Positions 39,853 to 49,156 of a DNA stretch of 64,000 nucleotides are shown piece after piece (the first letter of the stretch is position 1; each line of letters opens with the position of its first letter). The stretch covers positions 1-64,000 of IMG/VR virus record IMGVR_UViG_3300002835_000029, one strand, 5' to 3'. The position numbers were made by a program, and so were the translations under genes. The notes below the pieces were generated by a model. That model worked only from the letters and a program-made list of their open reading frames with translations, did not search any database and was not told the origin of the DNA. This stretch comes from an uncultured virus (IMG/VR IMGVR_UViG_3300002835_000029) (lineage: Duplodnaviria > Heunggongvirae > Uroviricota > Caudoviricetes).

Positions 39853-40955
39853 GCAAAACCAAAAAGATAACAGGTAAGTTTTCAGAAGATGCGGTTAGTA
39901 ATTCTATAGTAAGTAAGTATGGCGATGTTGTTAGGAGTGGAACAGAAGTTCTTCAAAATATAAATAGTCTGGGAGTTATAGGAATATCTCCAGCCCTTGA
40001 TATTGCTTTGGGCGGTGGGCTAAGAGAAGGATCTGTAGTAGTAATGACGGGAGATCCAAAAAGCGGAAAAACCACAACAGCATTACATTTTGCTGCCAAG
40101 TGTCAAAAGCTCAACAAAAGAATCATTTATATAAACACAGAGGGTAGACTATCTAAGCAAAACTTTGATGGTATTAAAGGTCTAGAACCAGATAATATTA
40201 TCATTATAGAATCAACTGATGAGAGAGTTCTATCAGCAGAAGACTTCTTAAACATTATTGAGTTTTATATTAACAATGATCCCGGTTGCCTCATAATTAC
40301 AGACTCACTATCTAATATGGTTCCAGCGTGTGAGCTAGAGGGAGAAGTTAGAACGGGCGTAAGAAATGCTTTGCCAAGATTACTCTCCATGTTTTTCAAG
40401 CGTATTAGTGGTACGCTTATGAAGAATAAGACTATATTAATTTGTATTACTCATAATATTGCTAATACTGGCGGATCTCCATATGCACCACAAAAGATGG
40501 CAGATTGTGGAAACATGTTACAATATCAAGCCGGTACAAACATGGTGATCACCCATCGCGGAAAGTGGCAAGTTCCAAAAGATACTGGTGTACACGTTGG
40601 TCAGATAGCAAACTGGGTAATAAAAACATCAACCGCTGGCGGTAGGCCAAATAGTACAGCAGAAAGTTGGATTAAGTACGGGGTTGGAGTTGACGAAGTA
40701 CAAGAGATAATTCAGATTGCCTGTGAGTTTAGACTTATCAAAGCGGCTGGTGCTTGGTATACTATACAGTGTGCCGTAGATGAACCAGAAAATCCCATTG
40801 TTTCTAAGGTGCTAGAAGAAAACCAGATAGGCAAGACTCCAGACGAAATAGAAAGATTCTTTAAGTTTCAAGGCGTTAACAACGTAGCAGAATTCTTGAA
40901 TGGCAATCTAGCAATTTCATCATTTATTTATAACAAGATAAAGGAGCTTCATTGA
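39849..40955 (+). CDS. recA: RecA/UvsX-like recombinase
   Basis: LDIALGGG, GDPKSGKTT, YINTEG, AGAWY. Confidence 0.9.
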   Translation: MSKTKKITGKFSEDAVSNSIVSKYGDVVRSGTEVLQNINSLGVIGISPALDIALGGGLREGSVVVMTGDPKSGKTTTALHFAAKCQKLNKRIIYINTEGRLSKQNFDGIKGLEPDNIIIIESTDERVLSAEDFLNIIEFYINNDPGCLIITDSLSNMVPACELEGEVRTGVRNALPRLLSMFFKRISGTLMKNKTILICITHNIANTGGSPYAPQKMADCGNMLQYQAGTNMVITHRGKWQVPKDTGVHVGQIANWVIKTSTAGGRPNSTAESWIKYGVGVDEVQEIIQIACEFRLIKAAGAWYTIQCAVDEPENPIVSKVLEENQIGKTPDEIERFFKFQGVNNVAEFLNGNLAISSFIYNKIKELH

Positions 40956-41374
40956 AAGTTACCGGCATAAATGGTAAAGAATATGCGTGGAATCTAACTG
41001 GATATGATGTTTTTAATGATGACAAGCGTAAGCGATCTAAATATCATATTCGGGCTAGAAACTTACTAAAAGAAATCTACAATAGTTATAGAATACTAGA
41101 AGAAGTAAAGTTACCGGGAAGCACAGCCTTACATAGAAAATCTGTACTGTACCTTGACTTTTATATTCCTTCTATTAAACTGGGGGTTGAGGTTCATGGA
41201 GAGCAGCACTATGAGTACAATCCATTCTTTCATAGGAGCAAAGCAGACTTCATAAAAGGTCAAGTTCGTGACGATGATAAGATAAACTGGTGTGAGTTGA
41301 ATGGAATTGAACTAATAACCCTAAAATATTCAGAAAGCGACGATGAGTGGCGACAAAGAATTAAAGGCATCTGA
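40952..41374 (+). CDS. Vsr/DUF559-like PD-(D/E)XK endonuclease
   Basis: LDFYIPSIKLGVEVHGEQHY...RDDDKINWC. Confidence 0.75.
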   Translation: MKVTGINGKEYAWNLTGYDVFNDDKRKRSKYHIRARNLLKEIYNSYRILEEVKLPGSTALHRKSVLYLDFYIPSIKLGVEVHGEQHYEYNPFFHRSKADFIKGQVRDDDKINWCELNGIELITLKYSESDDEWRQRIKGI

Positions 41375-41819
41375 TAAGTTAGCAGAATATATAGCATCAA
41401 TTAATGACTATATAAATTTGAGTAATACAAAGTTCTCTTCTTTTAGAGAAGAATATTTGTTTGTAGCAGATATGTCCTCTGATCAACTTAGGAAGTTAAC
41501 ACAAACAGAACTATTTGATGCCGCATATCTTTTATATGGTTACGCTACCTACATTCAAGACGAAATAAGTAAGAATAAAGTGGCATTGAACTGGTGCAAT
41601 GATCAAATGGAAAAGCTAATTGTTAAGAATAGTCAAGAGTTTGGTCAGTATACTAAGCACGAATCTAAGAAGCACATATTAGCTAATAGTAATTCATATG
41701 CTGCATCGCTAGAAAATATGAGAGAAGTAGCAGAGGCTAGGCTACAATCATTAGATGGTAAAGTATTTGAACTAAAGAGAAAAGCCGATATACTACTTGA
41801 GAAAGGTAAACGATCATGA
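41343..41819 (+). CDS. Helical coiled-coil protein, possibly a UvsY-like mediator
   Basis: All-alpha 158 aa ORF near recA; function inferred from position only. Confidence 0.4.
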   Translation: MSGDKELKASDKLAEYIASINDYINLSNTKFSSFREEYLFVADMSSDQLRKLTQTELFDAAYLLYGYATYIQDEISKNKVALNWCNDQMEKLIVKNSQEFGQYTKHESKKHILANSNSYAASLENMREVAEARLQSLDGKVFELKRKADILLEKGKRS

Positions 41820-42235
41820 GTATGAACGATTTTATAAATATGCTTAACGATGAGCAAAAGCAAGCTTTATTAAAAGCACTAGTTGGTGATAGTCCAACCG
41901 TAGCCAGCGTTCCAAAAGAAGTGAAAAAGGAAAGCATAAAGAAAATACAATCTTCCACGCCTCCTGCAAGCGTGAATGAAGATTTTACTGTTTTTAAGCA
42001 GGATAGTAATTCTAATACTAGGAGAAAAGAAGCCGTGAGAGCCAGAAAGAACGAGTGGAAAGACACGGGCGAGTTTAAGGATGTAGAAACTCCACAGTTT
42101 GAGAGAACACCCCGTCGCCGTCAACCACATAAAAGAGTAGAAGTAGAGTGCCACGTTTGTGGAAAATCATTCAAGGAAGATCCCAAGTTTGTTCATGGAG
42201 ATTACTACCGTTGCAATCGATGCACCGGCAAATAA
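41816..42235 (+). CDS. Zn-ribbon hypothetical protein
   Basis: CHVCG...CNRC. Confidence 0.65.
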   Translation: MSMNDFINMLNDEQKQALLKALVGDSPTVASVPKEVKKESIKKIQSSTPPASVNEDFTVFKQDSNSNTRRKEAVRARKNEWKDTGEFKDVETPQFERTPRRRQPHKRVEVECHVCGKSFKEDPKFVHGDYYRCNRCTGK

Positions 42236-42236
42236 T

Positions 42237-43703
42237 ATGGAAGTTAAACTAACTGATATTGGATCAGAAAGAGCCGTTTTAGCTGGACTATTGCAGCACG
42301 GTATAGATGGATATGTAGCTATATCTGACGTAGTGAGTCAAGATACTTTCGGACATTTGAATAATCAAATATTGTTTAAGTGCATTGAAAAGGTTATTCT
42401 CAACGATCAGAAAGTAGATATACCATCAATACTGTCGGCAGCAGATCAGTTGAATCTTTCTGAAAGCATAAACACAGATCAAGAGTTGAAGTATATTAAG
42501 TCTTTAATGGACTTCCCAATCAACAAAGATAATGTGTTTAGCTTTGCAATACAGATGAAGAAGTTTGAATTTGCACGTAAGATAAAAGGTCTTACTGCAA
42601 AAATTCATAAAGATGTAGATAGTGTTACTGGTGCTGAGTCTATAAATGAGATTATACAAATACTGGAGAATCCAGTTACTGATTTCTTAAGGGAAGATGA
42701 TAGCGGCGATCTTCCAGAAAAGATTGGCAAGGATGCCAAAGATTATATACAGTTTCTAGAAGAAAATAAATGTGACATTATAGGCATTCCAACCGGCTTC
42801 AACAAGTATGATGAAGCAATTGGCGGTGGATTGCGAAGGAAGTGTGTTGATTTAATATCAGCACGACCCAAAGTTGGGAAAAGCGTGTTCGCTGATAATG
42901 TAGCATTAAATGTATCTTCTGGTGGAGTTCCAGTATTGATGTTAGATACTGAAATGAGTAAGGAAGATCATTTAAATAGACTATTGGCAAACATAAGTGG
43001 AGTTCCAATCAATGAAGTAGCCACTGGTAAGTTTACAGAAGATGAAGAAAAACGACGCAAGGTAATGGAAGCAATTGAAAAGATTGAGTCTATACCTTAT
43101 AGTTATGTTAGCGTTGCTGGAAAACCATTTGAACAAATACTTAACCTAATTAAACGTTGGGTTATGCAAGAAGTCAAGATGGGTGATAATGGCAAGACAA
43201 ATAACTGTCTTATTATATATGATTATCTTAAGTTAATGTCATCCACTTCTATTACTAATAATATACAAGAGTACCAAGCACTTGGTTTTCAGATTACATC
43301 GCTACATAATCTTTGCGTCAAGCTTGACATACCATGCTTGTCCTTTGTACAATTGAACCGTGACGGCATAACAAAAGAAAGCACAGACGCTGTTTCTGGA
43401 TCGGACAGATTGATTTGGCTATGTACATCATTCAGTATATTCAAAATCAAATCTCCAGAAGAACTAGCAGAAGATGGGCCAAATGCTGGCAATAGGAAGC
43501 TTGTGCCAATTGTTTCAAGGCATGGTGGAGGTTTGGACGATGGTGATTATATCAACATGGTAATGCAGGGATCTCACGCCAAGTTAAGAGAACTTAAAAC
43601 ACGTAATGAATTTAAGAATCAACCAGTTGGAGATACTGGTATGGTAGATCAGAATACATTAGATAAGCTAAAAATTAATGGACTTGCAGAAGATCAAGAA
43701 TAG
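42237..43703 (+). CDS. dnaB: Replicative DNA helicase
   Basis: ERAVLAG, GIPTGF, ARPKVGKS, IYDYLKL, QLNR. Confidence 0.92.
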   Translation: MEVKLTDIGSERAVLAGLLQHGIDGYVAISDVVSQDTFGHLNNQILFKCIEKVILNDQKVDIPSILSAADQLNLSESINTDQELKYIKSLMDFPINKDNVFSFAIQMKKFEFARKIKGLTAKIHKDVDSVTGAESINEIIQILENPVTDFLREDDSGDLPEKIGKDAKDYIQFLEENKCDIIGIPTGFNKYDEAIGGGLRRKCVDLISARPKVGKSVFADNVALNVSSGGVPVLMLDTEMSKEDHLNRLLANISGVPINEVATGKFTEDEEKRRKVMEAIEKIESIPYSYVSVAGKPFEQILNLIKRWVMQEVKMGDNGKTNNCLIIYDYLKLMSSTSITNNIQEYQALGFQITSLHNLCVKLDIPCLSFVQLNRDGITKESTDAVSGSDRLIWLCTSFSIFKIKSPEELAEDGPNAGNRKLVPIVSRHGGGLDDGDYINMVMQGSHAKLRELKTRNEFKNQPVGDTGMVDQNTLDKLKINGLAEDQE

Positions 43704-44718
43704 TCTTAACGAGCAATCAGAAGAAGTATTCTCAAAACTAGGTATGAAATACGAAGTTTTGGGAGATAACATCTATTGTAATTGTCCTGTCCACGAAGGC
43801 AGCGATAACCCAAGAGCATTCTCATTCTCTAAAGATAAAGGCATATGGAAATGCTGGACTAGAGATTGTCAGCAACAATACAGGAATGATATATTTGGAG
43901 TTATAAGAGGATCACTTTCAAAGGAGATTGGAGTAGAGGCTGAATTTTCTGATGCTCTAAAATGGGCGTGTGATTTTCTAGGTATCAAAAAAGATAGAAG
44001 CTCATCTCAAAAAACTATTGTTAAAGAACCAATAAAAGAAGATGACTTTAATAAACTAGTAAACACAATAAACTCTAAAGTTAAACTAGATGATAATTAT
44101 CCAGCAATTGAAATAGAAGAATGCGTAAAAACACCGTCACAATATTTTATATCTAGGGGATTCAAACCAGAAACTTTAGTTCATTTTGATGTTGGAGATT
44201 GTTATGATCGTGGATCAAAATTATACGAAAGATCAGTAGTCCCCATTCATAATGATACGGGCGATAAAGTAATAGCTTGTATAGCAAGGTCTATAAAAGA
44301 ATATAGAAGCCCAAAGTTTCTTCTAGACCCAAAGGGGTTTGATAAGAGATATTTCTTTTATAACTATCACCGAGCTATAGAAAGTGTTAAACAAACATCA
44401 TCATTATTTCTAGTAGAAGGACAGGGCGATGTTTGGAGACTATATGAAGCTGGTATTACTCAGTCAATGAGTCTTTTTGGTAGGAATCTTAGCAAAGAAC
44501 AAGAATTAAAACTGTCTAAAATGCCCCTCACTCATATAATAGTCTTACTAGACAATGATCAAGCGGGTCGAGAGGCAAAAGTTCAACTCCAAAGACAATT
44601 GGGTAGAATGTATAAGTTATCTTTCCCCAAAATACCAACCAAAGACGTTGGCGAGATGAGAGTCGAACAAATACAGAATATTATCATACCACAGGTTAGG
44701 GGAACAATAAATGGTTAA
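43678..44718 (+). CDS. dnaG: DNA primase (Zn finger plus TOPRIM)
   Basis: CPVH...CWTRDC, LVEGQGD, LDNDQAG. Confidence 0.9.
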   Translation: MDLQKIKNSLNEQSEEVFSKLGMKYEVLGDNIYCNCPVHEGSDNPRAFSFSKDKGIWKCWTRDCQQQYRNDIFGVIRGSLSKEIGVEAEFSDALKWACDFLGIKKDRSSSQKTIVKEPIKEDDFNKLVNTINSKVKLDDNYPAIEIEECVKTPSQYFISRGFKPETLVHFDVGDCYDRGSKLYERSVVPIHNDTGDKVIACIARSIKEYRSPKFLLDPKGFDKRYFFYNYHRAIESVKQTSSLFLVEGQGDVWRLYEAGITQSMSLFGRNLSKEQELKLSKMPLTHIIVLLDNDQAGREAKVQLQRQLGRMYKLSFPKIPTKDVGEMRVEQIQNIIIPQVRGTING

Positions 44719-45451
44719 AATTATTGGGATTTCTGGTAGAAAACAGTCTGGTAAAAACACAGTAGCGAATTATATTAATGGCCAAGTGCTGAAAGAAAGG
44801 TCTATGATTAATGATTTTGCTATCAGCGACGATGGCAACCTACTAATAAATACTCAGGATATAACTGGAACAAGTGGATATGGAATATTTGATGTTACTA
44901 GAAAAGACTCAATTTTTATTGAGTATGCAGAAAAAGAATTGTGGCCTTATGTCAAGGTGTACCATTTCGCAGATTACTTGAAAGACATGTCAGTTAATTT
45001 ATTTGGACTCAATTCTAAGAATGTATATGGCACTGACGATCAAAAGAATGAACATACCCCATTTCTATGGGAAGAAATGCCAACCCCAACAAATAAAACT
45101 GGAAATATGACTCATAGAGAGTTTTTAGAATACTTTGGAACTAAAATAATAAGACGGGTTAAGTCAGATGCTTGGGTACACGCAACAATAAACAAAATAC
45201 TAAATGAAGATTCTCAGTTGGCTATTGTTCCAGATGTTAGATTCCCAAACGAAGTCAAGGCTATCAAGGACAATGGCGGAATAGTTATAAGATTAACTAG
45301 GAACATGTTCAATAGTGATTCTGAATCAGAATCATCATTAGATAGCGACAGATTTGATTGGCACAATTTTGATACAGTAATTGATAATCATAATATGACA
45401 CTAGAAGTTCTATGTGACGAACTCAAGAATAATACCTTTTGGAGAAATTAG
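44711..45451 (+). CDS. Deoxynucleoside monophosphate kinase (T4 gp1-like)
   Basis: IGISGRKQSGK, FADYLK, REFLEYFGT, DVRFPNE. Confidence 0.88.
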   Translation: MVKIIGISGRKQSGKNTVANYINGQVLKERSMINDFAISDDGNLLINTQDITGTSGYGIFDVTRKDSIFIEYAEKELWPYVKVYHFADYLKDMSVNLFGLNSKNVYGTDDQKNEHTPFLWEEMPTPTNKTGNMTHREFLEYFGTKIIRRVKSDAWVHATINKILNEDSQLAIVPDVRFPNEVKAIKDNGGIVIRLTRNMFNSDSESESSLDSDRFDWHNFDTVIDNHNMTLEVLCDELKNNTFWRN

Positions 45452-45504
45452 TATTTTATGTGTATACATATTATGTACTAAAGTCCTTCACTAAGGAGCA
45501 TAAT

Positions 45505-46188
45505 ATGAAACCAAAAGATCTTTTAACCAAAGAATTTCTTGAAGAGCATTATATTAAACAAAGAAAGAGCATTAACCAAATAGCTAAAGAATTCAATATC
45601 AATTCTCATAATTCAATAAGTCAATATATAAAAAAATATGGCCTGTATAGATCTAACTTAAAAGATAGTTCTAAAATATTGACCAAAGAATTCCTTGAAG
45701 AGTATTATATCAAACAAAATTTAAGTCTAAAAGACGTAGCTATACTTGCAGGATTTCAAAGAAAAGCTATAGTAAAAAAGGCTCTAGAAAAACATGGAAT
45801 TACAGAGAGAGAACACACTAAAAGTTCAAAATTCCAAATAGCAATAGAAAATAATAGAAAACATCACACTATACCAGCAAGGTATTTTTATTCATTAAAG
45901 CATGGAGCGAAAAAAAGAAAGATTAATTTTCAAATTACTGTTGATGATCTATGGCAACAATTTAAAATGCAAAATAGAAAATGTTCTTTGTCTGGATTAG
46001 AATTACAATTCCCAAAGTTTGGAGAAAAACCAACAGTACAAACCGCATCATTAGACAGAATAAACAGTGATCTAGGGTATACGACAGACAATATCCAGTG
46101 GTTACACAAAGATATAAATAAAATGAAGTGGGAATTAAGTCAAGAGAGATTTATAGAGCTATGCAAATTAATAACAAAGGAACAATAA
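45505..46188 (+). CDS. HNH-type endonuclease with two N-terminal HTH-like repeats
   Basis: LTKEFLEE(H/Y)YIKQ twice; CSLSG..SLDRINS..GY..DNIQW.H..IN.MK; AAGGAG SD. Confidence 0.8.
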   Translation: MKPKDLLTKEFLEEHYIKQRKSINQIAKEFNINSHNSISQYIKKYGLYRSNLKDSSKILTKEFLEEYYIKQNLSLKDVAILAGFQRKAIVKKALEKHGITEREHTKSSKFQIAIENNRKHHTIPARYFYSLKHGAKKRKINFQITVDDLWQQFKMQNRKCSLSGLELQFPKFGEKPTVQTASLDRINSDLGYTTDNIQWLHKDINKMKWELSQERFIELCKLITKEQ

Positions 46189-47211
46189 ATGTTATGTACT
46201 TATATTAGAAGTTCTTCATATAACCAATATGAATATTGTCAAATGAGTTATTTTATTACTTATAACTTAGGATTTAATCAACCGTCTGGTAAACGTGCAG
46301 ATATGGGTACTATTGTCCACAAGGTTATGGAAATATTAGCTAAAACCAAAGAAAAAATTCAACAAAATCTAAAGATCAAAAAAATACAATTTCAAGATGA
46401 TGCTTTAGGGTCTATTATCATTGATAAAAATGAATTTTTGACAGATAAGATAATAGATAAACTTTTAAATCTTAGTTTTGATTATTATTCTAATAGATCT
46501 TCTCATAATAAATTTACCAAAAAAGATAGAGAAGATTGTTTAAAAATGTGTTTTGACGCTGTTAGATATAACAATGGTCAGTTTGATCCAAGACTAAGGA
46601 AAATAGTGGCGGCAGAGCCTCACTTTGATATACCAATCGATGAAGATTGGGCTTTCTATGAGTATGAAGTAAATGGTCAAAAGATAAAAGGGCAGCTTGC
46701 TATTAAGGGTACTATTGACTTAGTAACAGAAACAGAAGAAGGTATTATTGAAGTAATAGATTGGAAGACAGGTCGTAGGCTAGATTGGGCAACCGGCGAG
46801 GAAAAGACATATGGTAAGCTATGTTCAGATCCTCAGTTATTGCTATATAATTATGCAATTTCTAAGCTCTTCCCCCAGTACAAGCAGTCAATAATGAGTA
46901 TCTTTTTTATTAAGGATGGTGGTCCATTTTCGATGTGTTTTGATAAAGCTGATGAAAAAAGGTTCTTGGAGATGCTAAAGGAAAGGTTTCTAGACATCAA
47001 AAAGAATGAAAAACCACAGCCAATTTCGCCCAATAGAGAGAACTGGAAATGCACTAAATTGTGCCATTATTGCAAAAACAAGTGGCCCGAAACCGACCAG
47101 AACATGTGTATATATATAGAGAATAGCATAAAAACTAATGGTATGGAACAAACCATAAAGGATTGTACAAGGTCAGGATTTGATATTGGATTCTATTCTG
47201 CTCCCGGTTGA
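46189..47211 (+). CDS. Cas4/AddB-like PD-(D/E)XK exonuclease
   Basis: GTIVH, GTID, IDWKTG, QLLLY; N-terminal Cys plus C-terminal CTKLCHYC cluster. Confidence 0.85.
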   Translation: MLCTYIRSSSYNQYEYCQMSYFITYNLGFNQPSGKRADMGTIVHKVMEILAKTKEKIQQNLKIKKIQFQDDALGSIIIDKNEFLTDKIIDKLLNLSFDYYSNRSSHNKFTKKDREDCLKMCFDAVRYNNGQFDPRLRKIVAAEPHFDIPIDEDWAFYEYEVNGQKIKGQLAIKGTIDLVTETEEGIIEVIDWKTGRRLDWATGEEKTYGKLCSDPQLLLYNYAISKLFPQYKQSIMSIFFIKDGGPFSMCFDKADEKRFLEMLKERFLDIKKNEKPQPISPNRENWKCTKLCHYCKNKWPETDQNMCIYIENSIKTNGMEQTIKDCTRSGFDIGFYSAPG

Positions 47212-47222
47212 GAAAAGGAAAT

Positions 47223-48095
47223 ATGAGTAAATTACTTACAATAGGAATGGCTACATATGACGATTTTGATGGAGTGTATTTTACCACTCAATCGTTAGTA
47301 ATGTACCAAGAGATACTAAAAAATATTGACTATGAGATAATAATTATAGACAATAATCCAACAGGAAAGCACGGGCAGGCTGTTAAAGACGTATCTGGGT
47401 GGCTTAGAAATCACGTAAAATATATACCATATGAAGAAAAGGCTAGTACAGCAGTAAGAAATGAAATATTTTCTAACTCGTCTGGTAAATATGCAATATC
47501 TATTGACTGCCACGTTTTAATCAAGCCCGGTGCAATAGAATCGCTATTAAAATACTATGAAAGTAATCCAGACTGCAAAGATATAATACAAGGACCAATG
47601 ATATATGACGATCAAGTTAGTTATTCAACTCAATTTGATCCCGCTTGGCGTGGAGATATGTTTGGAACATGGGGGACAAATACAGAAGCTTACGAAAAGG
47701 GAGAACCTTTTGATATACCAATGATGGGGCTTGGACTTTTTTCATGCGAGACAAAAAACTGGCTAGGCTTTAATAAGCACTTCAAAGGATTTGGTGGAGA
47801 AGAAGGATATATACACGAAAAATTTAGAAGAAATGGTGGACGGGCAATATGCTTACCACAACTAGGATGGTTACATAGATTTGGTAGACCAGAAGGTGTT
47901 AAATATAGACTAGTCTTAGAGGACAGGGTTTGGAATTATTTCGTTGGATGGCTAGAAATAACTAAAGATCCAAATGACATAATGGTGTTGGGTGCTTACA
48001 ACTATTTTAGAAATAGAATACCCAGAGAAAGCTTAGATAACATTTTTAACGACGCTAAAAAACTAATACTTGGAGACAATTATGCCACTTCCTAA
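47223..48095 (+). CDS. GT2 glycosyltransferase
   Basis: LTIGMATY, IIIIDN, RN..F, SIDCH, GFGGEE. Confidence 0.85.
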   Translation: MSKLLTIGMATYDDFDGVYFTTQSLVMYQEILKNIDYEIIIIDNNPTGKHGQAVKDVSGWLRNHVKYIPYEEKASTAVRNEIFSNSSGKYAISIDCHVLIKPGAIESLLKYYESNPDCKDIIQGPMIYDDQVSYSTQFDPAWRGDMFGTWGTNTEAYEKGEPFDIPMMGLGLFSCETKNWLGFNKHFKGFGGEEGYIHEKFRRNGGRAICLPQLGWLHRFGRPEGVKYRLVLEDRVWNYFVGWLEITKDPNDIMVLGAYNYFRNRIPRESLDNIFNDAKKLILGDNYATS

Positions 48096-49068
48096 AAGAA
48101 ATAAAGATGAAGACAAAGATAAGTTCGTAGCACGATGCATGGGTAGCGAAGTTATGAAAAAAGAATATCCAGATAATTCTCAAAGAGTGGCAATTTGTAT
48201 TGGTCAAGCTACCGCAGATTGTGGGTGCGTAGAAGCGGCTGATTTTAAATTGCAAATGGAAAATTATGGATACGAAGAAGAAATCACAGAAGAAAATTTT
48301 TATATCCCAACTCAAGCAGAGTATGAAGACTTTGGCGAAGAAGTAGAAGAGTATGATATTGCAGCAGAAAAACCCGGCTTATGGGAAAATATACGTAAGA
48401 AAAAAGAACGTGAAGGTAAAAACTACAAGCCAGCAAAAAGGGGCGACAAAGATCGTCCAGATCCAGAAGCTTGGAAAAAAGCTCAATCTGATGGTGGTGA
48501 TGAAATGGCTCTTGAGCAAATACAAAAAATGCACGATCAGCTTATGGAAATAGTCACAAAATTAAAAGTTATGCAGTTGTCAGTAGAATTCCAAGATTGG
48601 ACTAAGGATATGATTTCCAAAGCAGAAATCTATATACAAAATGTATATGATTTCGTTAAATACTATGAACCGGGGAAATACGAAGATGAATATACCGGCG
48701 ACGATGAAGAAGAAACAGAAGGTTCATATGAATATCAAGATACAAAAACTGGAGAAGTTTATACATACAGACGCAAAGGCTATTACGAAAAAGATGGCAG
48801 AGTCTTAATGTATATGGGTGAAGGCAGCGAGTACCAAGGAAGAAAAGTTACTCTTAATAAACCATTTAGAACTTCTAATGGTCCTAAAAAGTTTGCAGTA
48901 TACGTCAAAAATGAGAGTGGAAATGTTGTTATTGTTAGATTTGGCGATCCAAATATGACAATTAAGAAAAACATTCCAGAAAGACGTAAGAGTTTCAGAG
49001 CTAGACACAATTGTGATAATCCGGGTCCAAAGTGGAAAAGTCGATATTGGGCGTGTAAGAGTTGGTAA
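48082..49068 (+). CDS. Modular acidic/basic protein, probable head-internal protein
   Basis: Modules FVARCM..QRVAIC, GLWENIRKK, DWTKDMISKA and VRFGDP..RRKSFRARHNC..RYWAC separated by Glu-rich spacers. Confidence 0.6.
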   Translation: MPLPKRNKDEDKDKFVARCMGSEVMKKEYPDNSQRVAICIGQATADCGCVEAADFKLQMENYGYEEEITEENFYIPTQAEYEDFGEEVEEYDIAAEKPGLWENIRKKKEREGKNYKPAKRGDKDRPDPEAWKKAQSDGGDEMALEQIQKMHDQLMEIVTKLKVMQLSVEFQDWTKDMISKAEIYIQNVYDFVKYYEPGKYEDEYTGDDEEETEGSYEYQDTKTGEVYTYRRKGYYEKDGRVLMYMGEGSEYQGRKVTLNKPFRTSNGPKKFAVYVKNESGNVVIVRFGDPNMTIKKNIPERRKSFRARHNCDNPGPKWKSRYWACKSW

Positions 49069-49091
49069 TTAAATTTTGAATGGGGGTCATA

Positions 49092-49120
49092 TTGACTTAT
49101 GGCCCCCAAGGCGGTATAAT
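49092..49120 (+). promoter_or_regulatory. Sigma70 promoter of the polymerase genes
   Basis: TTGACT-17 bp-TATAAT. Confidence 0.75.
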
Positions 49121-49156
49121 AAGTTGTTGATCTCTTGATTTTGAATAAGGAAATAT

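Noticed and set aside
46189..47211. CRISPR-Cas locus
   Set aside because: Solo Cas4-like nuclease in a replication cluster; no repeat-spacer array or other cas genes
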